From the NCBI GenBank assembly GCA_035623825.1, contig DASPSR010000021.1:32001-96000 (forward strand): DNA of 64,000 nucleotides, written 5' to 3'. Below the pieces are notes generated by a model. That model saw nothing but the letters and a program-made list of their open reading frames with translations, searched no databases and was not told the DNA's origin. Shown here piece after piece: positions 1-8,799 of the stretch (positions within the stretch are counted from its first letter, which is position 1; the number at the start of each line of letters is the position of its first letter). The position numbers and the translations under genes are program-made. Source of the stretch: Nitrospirota bacterium (GTDB taxonomy: Bacteria > Nitrospirota > UBA9217).

Positions 1-717
1 GAGGCGACGTCGGGGAACACGGGCATCGGGCTTGCCATGGTGGGCGCGGCCCTGGGATATAGGGTGGTCCTGGTTATGCCTGCGTGTGTGAGCCTCGAGC
101 GCAGAAAGATCCTTGAGGCTTTTGGAGCCGAGCTTGTCCTCAGCCCGGGCAATGAAGGGACAGACGGTGCAATCAAGCTTGCAGGAAGGATGAGGGAAGA
201 GTCGCCGGGCAAATATTTCATGCCAAACCAGTTCGACAATCCAGCCAACGTCCACGCCCATTACGAGACTACGGGGAGAGAGATCATCGACCAGACCGGA
301 GGAGACGTCGATGTCTTTGTCGCTGGCATGGGTACTACGGGCACACTCATGGGAGCAGGCAAAAGACTCAAGGAGTTTCAGCCTGCTCTCACAGTCGTTG
401 GAGTGGAGCCCTTTCTCGGCCACAAGATTCAGGGGCTCAAAAACATGCAGGAATCCATAGTCCCAAAGATTTACAATCCTGCTTTCCCCGACGAGGTAAT
501 CCACGTGAATGATGATGAAGCGTTCACAACAACTAGACGCCTGGCCTTGCAGGAGGGCATTTTCTCAGGCATGAGCAGCGGGGCTGCGGTGTTCGGTGCT
601 CTAAAAATGGCGGAGCGGATCGAGCGAGGCACGATCGTCGTAATCCTGCCCGACCGCGGGGACCGCTACCTCAGCACATCCCTGTTTACTTCCGTCTGCG
701 CTAAGTGCCCTCCGTGA
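1..717 (+). CDS. cysM: cysteine synthase family PLP enzyme (5'-truncated by window edge)
   Basis: Frame is open from base 1 ([12 protein letters not shown]); also [21 protein letters not shown] and PDRGDRYLS motifs. CysK vs CysM not resolvable by eye. Confidence 0.85.
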   Translation, partial: EATSGNTGIGLAMVGAALGYRVVLVMPACVSLERRKILEAFGAELVLSPGNEGTDGAIKLAGRMREESPGKYFMPNQFDNPANVHAHYETTGREIIDQTGGDVDVFVAGMGTTGTLMGAGKRLKEFQPALTVVGVEPFLGHKIQGLKNMQESIVPKIYNPAFPDEVIHVNDDEAFTTTRRLALQEGIFSGMSSGAAVFGALKMAERIERGTIVVILPDRGDRYLSTSLFTSVCAKCPP

Positions 718-775
718 TGCATCAGGTGAAATTGTCAGAACTACGGGCTGAACTCGGATACCAGAGAATTCAGGG

Positions 776-1117
776 TCATCGGCGGCGTTGCGGATTTTTT
801 CGAAACCCGTCGACAAAATGGAAAAGAGCGAGGAAAGGGTGCAGGTAGGCCATGCGGGGGCCTGCATATTTCATGACTCCTCTTATCTTCTCCCCCATGT
901 CAGGCTTGTAACAATGCACCGTGCAGTTAGCACAGGTCGTCTTTCTCTCCTGGAATGGACATCGGTCAAGGCGCTGGCGCGCATACGCTTCGAGGTCCTT
1001 ACACTCGGTGCACAAGCTCTTTTCCGCAACGCCATGGTGACCGCGACAGTAGACCCGAATCATGGCTTCCATCGTCTCATGTTCCCTGCTCATTCTGCTC
1101 GTTTGTCTGTTATCCAT
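776..1117 (-). CDS. nitrous oxide-stimulated promoter (YgbA-like) family protein
   Basis: YC..HH...LC.EC..L..YA..RL..CP....K..C..C..HCY....VMKYAGPRM pattern. Confidence 0.85.
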   Translation of the reverse strand: MDNRQTSRMSREHETMEAMIRVYCRGHHGVAEKSLCTECKDLEAYARQRLDRCPFQERKTTCANCTVHCYKPDMGEKIRGVMKYAGPRMAYLHPFLALFHFVDGFRKNPQRRR

Positions 1118-1276
1118 AGCTGATCAGCTCCTCTTCTTTTCCCAATTATACTGTTTACGGAAGCACTACGGGATGATTTGCATCATACGTAACCGAAAAA
1201 GTGCCTGCTATTGTCTGTCGTTTCAGAGGATCTAAATTACTTTGCGCAAAGAGGCCAACAATAGTATAATTTTCTC

Positions 1277-3022
1277 ATGTCTCGGAAACTCAAGGGGAAA
1301 ATAGATGCCCTGCTTGCGGCTGAGCGCGGGACCGTCTACAAAGCTCAGGGCATTGATGTAAAGATTGCACTCGCCTATCCGAACACCTACCACGTGGGCA
1401 TGTCGAACCTTGGCGTGCATCAGATTTATTCCATCCTGAACAGCCGTGCGGACACGGTATGCGAGCGCGTGTTTTTGCCTGACGAAGAAGATATCGACGA
1501 GTATAACAAGACCGGCACGAAATTGTTCAGCCTTGAGAGCAAGCGGCCCCTCAAAGAGTTCGATATTCTCGCTTTCTCCGTTTCCTTCGAGCAGGACTAC
1601 GTGAACATCCTTGAAATCCTGGACCTCTCCGGCATCCCTGTTCTTAAGCGCGACCGGAGCGATGGTGATCCGCTCGTAATTCTCGGCGGTGCCTGCTCAT
1701 TCTTTAATCCGGAGCCGCTCACGGATTTCATAGATGCCGTAATCGTGGGTGAAGGAGAAGAGGTCGTGGCCGAGTTTATCGACGCCTATCGAGAAAGCAG
1801 AGATAAAGACCGCCTTGCCTTGCTCAGAGCAGTGGGCCGGATACCGGGGGTTTATGTGCCGGAGTTTTATGACGTAATCTACAATGTGGACGGTACGCTC
1901 AAAGAGCGAAAGGTGATCGTTTCCTCCGCACCGGAGCGCATAGTCAAGCGTACGGTCAAAGACATCAATAGAATGCCAGCAGCAACAGTGATCCTGACAC
2001 CAAATACTGAGTTTAGCGATATGTACCTCTCGGAAGTGACACGGGGTTGCGGAAGGCATTGCCGGTTCTGCATGGCAGGATACATTTACCTTCCGCCCCG
2101 GAACCTCAGTATCGATGGGGCAAAGTCGCAGGCTGCAAAGGCAGATGATCTCTGCGGCAAGATCGGCCTCGTAGGCGCCGCGCTTTCGGACTATCCCGAC
2201 ATCGGAGAAGCCTGCGCTGAGATCAAAGGCGGGGTCTCAGTCTCATCGCTCCGGGCCGACTCGGTAAGCGAGGAACTTATCGACCGGCTTGCGAAGAGCG
2301 GGCACAAAACGATAGCGATCGCTCCGGAGGCGGGCTCTGAGCGGCTCAGGAATGTGATCAACAAAGGCATCACAGAGGCAGACATTCTTCACGCTGCTGA
2401 CATGATCTTCGGCCGCGGCATCCCGAACCTCAAGCTCTATTTCATGATGGGCCTGCCGACGGAAACATACGAAGATGTGGATGCTATTATCTCGCTCGCT
2501 GGAATGGTGCGCGAGGTGCAGCTAAAGCACGCGAGGAATGCCGGCAGGATCGGCGTGATTACGCTCTCGGTAAATTCCTTTGTGCCGAAGCCGTTTACGC
2601 CGTTCCAGTGGGAACCGATGGAGTCTGTCGAGAGCCTGAACAAAAAGCAGCGGTATCTTGAAAAGGCAGTACGGAAGATCGGGAATATGAACATCATCCA
2701 CGACCTTCCGAAGTGGGAGTATATCCAGGCCTTGCTTTCACGCGGCGATCGGAGGACCGGGAGGCTCATCATGACTGCTCATGTGAAAAGCGGTGATTGG
2801 AGGATGGCAGCCAGGGAGCTAAAAATGGACACGGAGTTCTACGTTACCCGTCGGCGACCGTTCAGCGAGGTTTTGCCGTGGGATTTTATTGACATCGGTG
2901 TGCGGAAAGATTATCTTATGAGCGAACGCGAACGGGCACGTGAGGGCAAGTTCACGCCGGGCTGCCGCGTGGGCGTATGCATGGCCTGCGGAGTGTGTCA
3001 CGGGATGAGCAACGAAGAATAA
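1277..3022 (+). CDS. B12-binding radical SAM protein (TIGR03960-like)
   Basis: YPNTY.VGMSNLG N-terminus, CxxxCxxC (CGRHCRFC), APEAGSERLR, FVPKPFTPFQW, C-terminal Cys cluster. Confidence 0.9.
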   Translation: MSRKLKGKIDALLAAERGTVYKAQGIDVKIALAYPNTYHVGMSNLGVHQIYSILNSRADTVCERVFLPDEEDIDEYNKTGTKLFSLESKRPLKEFDILAFSVSFEQDYVNILEILDLSGIPVLKRDRSDGDPLVILGGACSFFNPEPLTDFIDAVIVGEGEEVVAEFIDAYRESRDKDRLALLRAVGRIPGVYVPEFYDVIYNVDGTLKERKVIVSSAPERIVKRTVKDINRMPAATVILTPNTEFSDMYLSEVTRGCGRHCRFCMAGYIYLPPRNLSIDGAKSQAAKADDLCGKIGLVGAALSDYPDIGEACAEIKGGVSVSSLRADSVSEELIDRLAKSGHKTIAIAPEAGSERLRNVINKGITEADILHAADMIFGRGIPNLKLYFMMGLPTETYEDVDAIISLAGMVREVQLKHARNAGRIGVITLSVNSFVPKPFTPFQWEPMESVESLNKKQRYLEKAVRKIGNMNIIHDLPKWEYIQALLSRGDRRTGRLIMTAHVKSGDWRMAARELKMDTEFYVTRRRPFSEVLPWDFIDIGVRKDYLMSERERAREGKFTPGCRVGVCMACGVCHGMSNEE

Positions 3023-3124
3023 GCGTCAAATATCATGTAAAACTCAAGCACCAATTGCATGCGCTCGGGAAATTGGTAATTCGAACTTGGATATAGCGTC
3101 TTGTGCCCGGAACCTGAAATTGAC

Positions 3125-3865
3125 ATGACTGAGAGTCAGTATCTCACTATTCCTGCTCTCGATAAGACAGGCAGAGTCATCCACGCCTTCACCACCCGTA
3201 AGAACGGTCTTGGCGGCAGAAATAACGGGGTCAGGCAGCCTGGTGACTGGATTGCAGTGGCTCAAATGTTCGGAGTCAATCCTGACCGGATTGTGACAGC
3301 GAACCAGGTTCATGGTGAGCGTATCGTGGTCGTGGATGCCGATAACTATAGGGGCATTAGGACGGTTGAGGCCGATGCCATGATAACGAACATACCGGGG
3401 TTCGCCATAGGCGTCGAGACCGCAGACTGCGTACCGTTGTTGCTCCTTGATCCGGAAACTCCTGCTGTTGGGGCGATTCATGCGGGCTGGAGAAGCACGG
3501 CGAAGAAGATCGTTGAGAAGGCCGTGAAGAAAATGCAGGACAGATTCGGTTCGAATCCTTCCCGTATGGTTGCGGCGATTGGTCCGGCGATTGGACCCGA
3601 ATGCTACGAAGTCGATGAACCGGTAATGGTGCGGGTCCGCGAAGCCTTTTCGTTCTGGATGTATGCGGCATCGTCACGAGGCAGCAACAAGTGGAGCCTT
3701 GATCTGGCGGGGCTGAACCGGATGGAGCTGGTTCAGGCCGGTCTTGATGAAAAGAACATACACTCGATCGGGATGTGTACCTCGTGCAGGAAAGACCTGT
3801 TCTATTCTTTCCGTTCAGAAGGCAGGACCGGCAGGATGCTGTCGGTGATAATGATCAAGCCTTGA
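3125..3865 (+). CDS. pgeF: peptidoglycan editing factor PgeF (YfiH)
   Basis: QVHG, TADCVP, HAGWR, GPAIGP.CYEV, CTSC...FYSFR; ATG at 3125 preferred over upstream TTG. Confidence 0.92.
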   Translation: MTESQYLTIPALDKTGRVIHAFTTRKNGLGGRNNGVRQPGDWIAVAQMFGVNPDRIVTANQVHGERIVVVDADNYRGIRTVEADAMITNIPGFAIGVETADCVPLLLLDPETPAVGAIHAGWRSTAKKIVEKAVKKMQDRFGSNPSRMVAAIGPAIGPECYEVDEPVMVRVREAFSFWMYAASSRGSNKWSLDLAGLNRMELVQAGLDEKNIHSIGMCTSCRKDLFYSFRSEGRTGRMLSVIMIKP

Positions 3866-3955
3866 ACCTTTTTGGGCCATGAAGGCTCGAAGGAGGCTCC
3901 CGTCATTCATGCATGGAGTGTTTAGTATCATCGTATCCGGGAGGAAAATGAATAT

Positions 3956-4642
3956 ATGTCGATAGCAGAAAACCTGGCAGCAGTGGTGAATAGGTGCACA
4001 TCCGCAGCACAACGAGCGGGGCGCGATCCATTGTCCGTTAAGCTCGTTGTCGTCACCAAGACCGTTGATACGGAGCGTATCAGTGAAGCTGTCGCCGCGG
4101 GCGCACTGATCCTGGGCGAGAACCGGGTGCAGGAGGCGAAAGAAAAGATCGAGAAGCTTGGTCCGATCGCGAGCTGGCATCTCATCGGCCACCTGCAGAC
4201 GAACAAGGCGAAGTACGCAGTCAAACTCTTCTACATGATTCATTCAGTTGACAATCTTCAACTTGCGGAGGAGATAGACAAGCAGGCATCGAAGGTAAAC
4301 AAGGTGCAGGATGTGTTGATCGAAGTGAGCATTGCCGGTGAGGAGAGCAAGGCAGGCGTGGCGATGGAGGATGCTGTTACCCTCATCAAAGAAGCGTCAA
4401 AGCTCAAGAACATCTCGATCAAGGGGCTGATGACCATGCCGCCCTTTTCCGACAATCCCGAGGACTCACGGCCATACTTTAAGAAGCTCCGTCAGCTGTC
4501 CGAGAGCGTCGTGAATGAACATATCCCCGGAGTTTCCATGAGGGAGCTTTCGATGGGAATGAGCGGGGATTATGAAGTGGCCATCGAGGAGGGCTCGACG
4601 ATGGTGCGCATCGGCACGGCGATATTCGGGGAGAGAAAATAA
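3956..4642 (+). CDS. yggS: YggS family PLP homeostasis protein
   Basis: GENRVQE, WHLIGHLQTNK, LSMGMSGDY, VRIGTAIFG. Confidence 0.96.
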   Translation: MSIAENLAAVVNRCTSAAQRAGRDPLSVKLVVVTKTVDTERISEAVAAGALILGENRVQEAKEKIEKLGPIASWHLIGHLQTNKAKYAVKLFYMIHSVDNLQLAEEIDKQASKVNKVQDVLIEVSIAGEESKAGVAMEDAVTLIKEASKLKNISIKGLMTMPPFSDNPEDSRPYFKKLRQLSESVVNEHIPGVSMRELSMGMSGDYEVAIEEGSTMVRIGTAIFGERK

Positions 4643-4774
4643 TCATGGCAATGCCACGGATGCCGAAAAGCGCACCGATGAGAAAAATGACCTCATAAAA
4701 TCGGGCGGCTCACTCATCGTATTCTTCGTAGATTCCGTGTCCTTTTCGGTTTAAAGCGTTGCGAGGGAGGCTCT

Positions 4775-5587
4775 ATGACTTTAGATAAAAAGATCGCATT
4801 TTTAGGCGGCGGGAACATGGCCGAGGCTCTCATTAGGGGACTGATCGCGGCGGGTAAGGCAAAGCATGATCAAATTTTAGTCACCGACATTTCAGTGGAC
4901 CGGCTTGAGCATCTCAGGAAGACCTATGGTATCCTTGTGCAAAACAGCAATTCTGAAGCGGCACGCGAGGCGGGGATCATCCTCCTGAGCGTGAAGCCCC
5001 AGGTGATCGAGAGAGTTCTTGGTGAGATTGCCCCGGTCATTGACAGCAAGAAACTCGTGATTTCCATTGCCGCCGGTATCGCTATTGCGAAGGTCGAGAA
5101 TGCCCTGAAGGACGGTTCGCGGGTCGTGCGCGTGATGCCGAATACGCCGGCACTGGTGCTCGCAGGAGCAGCCGCACTCGCAGGCGGAAAGGACGCCACA
5201 GCTGACGACCTTGGCCTAGTGCAGAGTATATTCAACTCCGTGGGCAGGTCTGTAGTTGTTGACGAGAAGCTTATGGATGCAGTGACCGGACTCTCGGGAA
5301 GCGGGCCTGCGTATGTGTTCACGATTATCGAAGCACTGTCCGATGCAGGGGTAAAGGCTGGCCTGCCCCGGCAGCTTGCGCTCGAGCTTGCAGCCCAGAC
5401 CGTGTATGGCGCAGCCAAGATGGTGCTTGATACAAAAGAGCACCCGAGCAAGCTCAGAGACATGGTGACGTCTCCCGGCGGTACAACGATCGAAGGATTA
5501 CACGCTCTCGAAAAGGGAAAGCTCCGTGCTACGATCATAAACGCGGTAGAGGCAGCGACGGAGCGGAGTAGGGAACTGGATCGGTAG
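4775..5587 (+). CDS. proC: pyrroline-5-carboxylate reductase
   Basis: GGGNMA, VRVMPNTP, TGLSGSGPAY, VTSPGGTTI. Confidence 0.97.
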   Translation: MTLDKKIAFLGGGNMAEALIRGLIAAGKAKHDQILVTDISVDRLEHLRKTYGILVQNSNSEAAREAGIILLSVKPQVIERVLGEIAPVIDSKKLVISIAAGIAIAKVENALKDGSRVVRVMPNTPALVLAGAAALAGGKDATADDLGLVQSIFNSVGRSVVVDEKLMDAVTGLSGSGPAYVFTIIEALSDAGVKAGLPRQLALELAAQTVYGAAKMVLDTKEHPSKLRDMVTSPGGTTIEGLHALEKGKLRATIINAVEAATERSRELDR

Positions 5588-5722
5588 ACTCCAAATAACA
5601 ACATCCGAGAACCATAGAAATGCTGATTTCGGCGATCGGTGCGGGCGTTCGGCAATTTTCATTTCAGATTCACCTGGAAATTTGTCATTTGTGTGCTGAA
5701 ACTTGTCTTAATCTAAGGAGGG

Positions 5723-6025
5723 ATGATGTTCGTCATCGGAAATATTCTTCACGGCATTGCCGATGTGCTTGACGTGGTTTTGACCATTTATATGTGGGTC
5801 ATCATCATCAGAGCGCTCATATCGTGGGTGAACCCCGATCCCTATAATCCGATCATTCAGATTCTCAACCGACTGACAGAACCGGTGCTCGGACCGCTGA
5901 GGAAACTGGCTCCGCCATGGAAAATCGGCATCGATCTTTCGCCGCTTATCGCGGTCCTTATCATCATCTTCCTGAGGGTGGCGCTGATCAGGACTCTGTA
6001 TCGACTGGCGATATCGATGAGTTGA
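5723..6025 (+). CDS. yggT: YggT family membrane protein
   Basis: SWVNPDPYNP...LTEP.L.P.R...IDLSP; context after yggS-proC. Confidence 0.93.
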   Translation: MMFVIGNILHGIADVLDVVLTIYMWVIIIRALISWVNPDPYNPIIQILNRLTEPVLGPLRKLAPPWKIGIDLSPLIAVLIIIFLRVALIRTLYRLAISMS

Positions 6026-6073
6026 TATCTTGGACAGGTTCATGATATTGGCATCGTCTGAGGAGGCAATTGT

Positions 6074-6565
6074 ATGAGTAATGGTATCAAGGTGACGCCG
6101 ATCGACATACAACAGAAGCGTTTCCACGTTGGTTTCCGCGGCTATGACCGGACCGAAGTCGAGATGTTTCTCGATCTTGTACGTGACGAAATGGAAAATC
6201 TGGTCCGAGACATGGCGGAGCTGCGGGAGTTCCGCGAGACCTACGATGAGCGCATGCGGGAGCTGACCGCGAAAGAAGAGACGGTTAAGAACACGATGCT
6301 CATGACCCAGAAGCTGGTGGAGGACCTGAAAGAGAACGCGCGTAAGGAAGCGTCATTAATCATCAAAGATGCGGAGGTCCGAAGCCAGCAGATCGTCGGC
6401 GATTCTCAACAGGAAAAGGTCTCACTTGAAGCAGACATATTGAACCTCAGGAGGCGCAAGCACCATTTTCTTCAAGATCTCAAGAAGGTGATTCAGATGC
6501 ACTTGGAAATGGTCAACTTCGAGGAATCCGGCGGTGAAGTCAAAGAAGAGCCCAAACAGGGATAA
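6074..6565 (+). CDS. divIVA: DivIVA domain protein
   Basis: TPIDIQQKRF..GFRGYD..EV..FL followed by a coiled coil. Confidence 0.92.
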   Translation: MSNGIKVTPIDIQQKRFHVGFRGYDRTEVEMFLDLVRDEMENLVRDMAELREFRETYDERMRELTAKEETVKNTMLMTQKLVEDLKENARKEASLIIKDAEVRSQQIVGDSQQEKVSLEADILNLRRRKHHFLQDLKKVIQMHLEMVNFEESGGEVKEEPKQG

Positions 6566-6848
6566 AGCGCCAACGGAGGCAGCAGCCTTGTCGGTCCGCA
6601 TACAGCCGCGTGCGTCGAAGAACGAGATTACCAAGATGGAGAACGGCGGACTCAAGATCAGGCTCATCGCCCCGCCCGTGGACGGCGCGGCGAACGATGC
6701 ACTCGTCCGATTTCTTGCTGAAATGCTCTCTGTTCCCAGGTCGCGGATCGAGATCGTCTCAGGCAAAACATCGAGGGATAAAATTGTCAGGATCAGCGGT
6801 GTGAGCAAGGCCGATGCCGAACGGCTATTGTATTCGAAAGAGAAATAG
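6534..6848 (+). CDS. yggU: DUF167 (YggU) family protein
   Basis: VRIQPRAS..., APPVDGAAN.AL..FLA, I.SG.TSR.K. Confidence 0.88.
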   Translation: MKSKKSPNRDKAPTEAAALSVRIQPRASKNEITKMENGGLKIRLIAPPVDGAANDALVRFLAEMLSVPRSRIEIVSGKTSRDKIVRISGVSKADAERLLYSKEK

Positions 6849-6879
6849 AGTAGTATAATTATAAGGAGAAAGTTGATCT

Positions 6880-6968
6880 TTGGACGCAGATTGACGCGGA
6901 TAAGCGCAGGGATACTATCCCTCCTACTCTATCCCTTCTTGTGCCTATTAGCATTGATCTGTGTCCAA
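6880..6968. repeat. REP-like inverted-repeat element upstream of ssrA
   Basis: TTGGACGCAGAT (6880-6891) pairs with ATCTGTGTCCAA (6957-6968) with one G-U pair. Confidence 0.5.
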
Positions 6969-7013
6969 GCCTATTTGTCTTCACAGCAACGACAGGTTCA
7001 ATCTCATCAAAAA

Positions 7014-7371
7014 GGGGGCGACAGGCTTCGACGGGGATCGAGAGGTCAGGAGTTGCATGCCGAGGTGCCATGGGGCTCGTAAAACACATGGCAAACAATA
7101 ACTGCCAATACACCAGAACTGGCACTCGCTGCCTAATAATATAGGCTAGCGCGTCTCCCGGCTGTAGCCTGAGCGGCCGAAGGGACGTCACACTTCAGGC
7201 TGGTCTTCCCGACATCGTCCGGGGCGGGGAGATAAGAAAAAACCGGACTGGCCGATTCCGGAGCTTTCCCCAAGGCGCCGGAGGAGGCGAGAACCAAAGG
7301 CGGGGATAAGCATGTATGAGCTTCTGGCTAAAGGTTTTCGGACGTGGGTTCGAATCCCACCGCCTCCACCA
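7014..7371 (+). ncRNA. ssrA: tmRNA
   Basis: 5' GGGGGCG pairs with 3' CGCCTCC-ACCA with a G3-U alanine determinant; TTCGAATCC T-arm; tag ORF 7104-7136 reads ANTPELALAA* after ATAACT. Confidence 0.97.
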
Positions 7372-7379
7372 ATTAAATT
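7352..7379 (+). repeat. attL core (ssrA 3' end)
   Basis: Identical to 11381-11408; overlaps an IHF consensus match at 7374-7386. Confidence 0.9.
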
Positions 7380-7440
7380 ATTGATTTTATTGAATTTATT
7401 TAATTTTTCCTCAATTCTCCATCGATTAGATCTGAGGCCG

Positions 7441-7476
7441 AGAGCTAATTCCTTCAAGAAATTAGCTCTTTTTTTT
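7441..7476 (+). terminator. intrinsic terminator downstream of ssrA, supplied by the island
   Basis: AGAGCTAATT...AATTAGCTCT stem followed by a T-run. Confidence 0.75.
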
Positions 7477-7676
7477 CAAGCATTCGCAAGATGGGGTACA
7501 TTTGGGGGTATGTCGAAAACTGTGGGCTGCAATTAATGACGACAATTCAGGTGATTAGACAAACTATTCGATTCCTCCTCATGTCATCAGGAACAATTGA
7601 ATCCTCTTCGATATTTATTGTCGTATGTCAGTATTAGAGAGATTCGGACTTTCTAATAAATGTACAGGAGTTTCAC

Positions 7677-7704
7677 TTGCATTATATATCCAAATGGGTA
7701 TAAT
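7677..7704 (+). promoter_or_regulatory. sigma70-type promoter of the TA operon with a palindromic operator
   Basis: TTGCAT-N16-TATAAT; imperfect palindrome TATATCCA-AA-TGGGTATA in the spacer, overlapping the -10. Confidence 0.6.
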
Positions 7705-7725
7705 AGAAACTAGGAGACGGATGAC

Positions 7726-8070
7726 GTGAAGCCTTTGTTCTGGGTAGGATCATCGAAAAAAGATCTTTTGGAAATGCCAGCGAAGGTTGTCGATGTCTTC
7801 GGTTATGCTCTCTATCTGGCTCAAAGCGGCAATAAGCATCAGCAAGCCAAGCCCCTCAAAGGCTTTGGATCGGCCGGAGTGCTTGAGGTCGTAGAAGACT
7901 ACGATGGCAGTACGTACCGTGCGGTGTATACCGTGAGATTCAGCAATGGCGTATATGTGTTGCATTGCTTCCAGAAGAAGTCACGCAAGGGGATCGAGAC
8001 GCCCAAAGCGGACAAGGATATGATTGAAGCGAGATTGAAACTGGCCCAAAAGCATTCGGAAGGAGTATAA
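7726..8070 (+). CDS. type II TA toxin, RelE/ParE (HigB/Gp49-like)
   Basis: KPL.W.GSS..DL, KPLKGFG.AGV.E, YRAVY......YVLHCFQKKS..G..TP; GTG start. Confidence 0.9.
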   Translation: MKPLFWVGSSKKDLLEMPAKVVDVFGYALYLAQSGNKHQQAKPLKGFGSAGVLEVVEDYDGSTYRAVYTVRFSNGVYVLHCFQKKSRKGIETPKADKDMIEARLKLAQKHSEGV

Positions 8071-8072
8071 CA

Positions 8073-8393
8073 ATGAGCAGAATTGAAAAAGGAAGCATGA
8101 ATGTCTATGCTGATCTCAGGGTTGCGGACGCTGAGGAGATGCTGGTCAAGGCCCAGCTTGCTGCGAAGATTGCTGAGATCATCAAATTTCGAAATCTTAC
8201 GCAGACGCAGGCTGCGTCTTTGCTCGGGATGACCCAACCCAAGCTATCCAATATGCTGCGTGGTCGGTTCCGCGGCATTTCCGAGGCCAAGATGCTCGAG
8301 TGCATGACCCTCCTGGGTCGCGACGTGCAGATCGTCGTCAAGCCGGCCTCCCGTTCACGCAAGACCGGCCACTTGTCAGTGCATTTTGCTTGA
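8073..8393 (+). CDS. type II TA antitoxin, XRE-family HTH (HigA-like)
   Basis: GS.NVYADL...A...L.KAQL, LTQ.QAA.LLG.TQP.LS...RG.F.G.S; starts 2 nt after the toxin stop. Confidence 0.9.
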   Translation: MSRIEKGSMNVYADLRVADAEEMLVKAQLAAKIAEIIKFRNLTQTQAASLLGMTQPKLSNMLRGRFRGISEAKMLECMTLLGRDVQIVVKPASRSRKTGHLSVHFA

Positions 8394-8487
8394 CAGATGC
8401 AATCATCGTAATAACGCATGGCTAGTTGGGCGCGCAATGAATCTTGTAGAGTAAGTTAAAAGAGTGCAATAAGTTCACAAGAAATAC

Positions 8488-8799
8488 TTGAGTGGCCATG
8501 AGTTTAGAGACGCGGGCTTAGGTGCATTGGTAAGCAATCATGTTCTGGCAGATGCAACCCGCTATATTATGCAGTTCGAAACAGGATCTGGAGACTACAC
8601 AAAGATTCGGAAGAATGTCGTAATGGGTAAACGTGTTGCCGATCTGTATAAAAAGAGCGTGCTATTCGAGAAGAAAAAACCAAGAGCAGGCGTTTTTAAG
8701 GATGAATCCGTTTCTCATCGCAATACCATCCATGGTATATCTCTCATCCGCGCATGGTCACCTTGCAATTGTCTGATACGGAGAATCAATGTCAGATAA
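8488..8799 (+). pseudogene. probable remnant of a small antitoxin-like gene
   Basis: G..AL........RY..QF..GSGDYT..R resembles small PIN-toxin partner proteins; TTG start with an in-frame TAA just upstream; non-conserved-looking tail. Confidence 0.4.

Noticed and set aside
715-729. TGA of cysteine synthase followed by TGC as possible Sec readthrough
   Set aside because: Another TGA follows three codons later, there is no convincing SECIS, and the protein is already complete.
6859-7536. Several short ORFs over and around ssrA
   Set aside because: They overlap the tmRNA and att site; only the tag peptide is credible.
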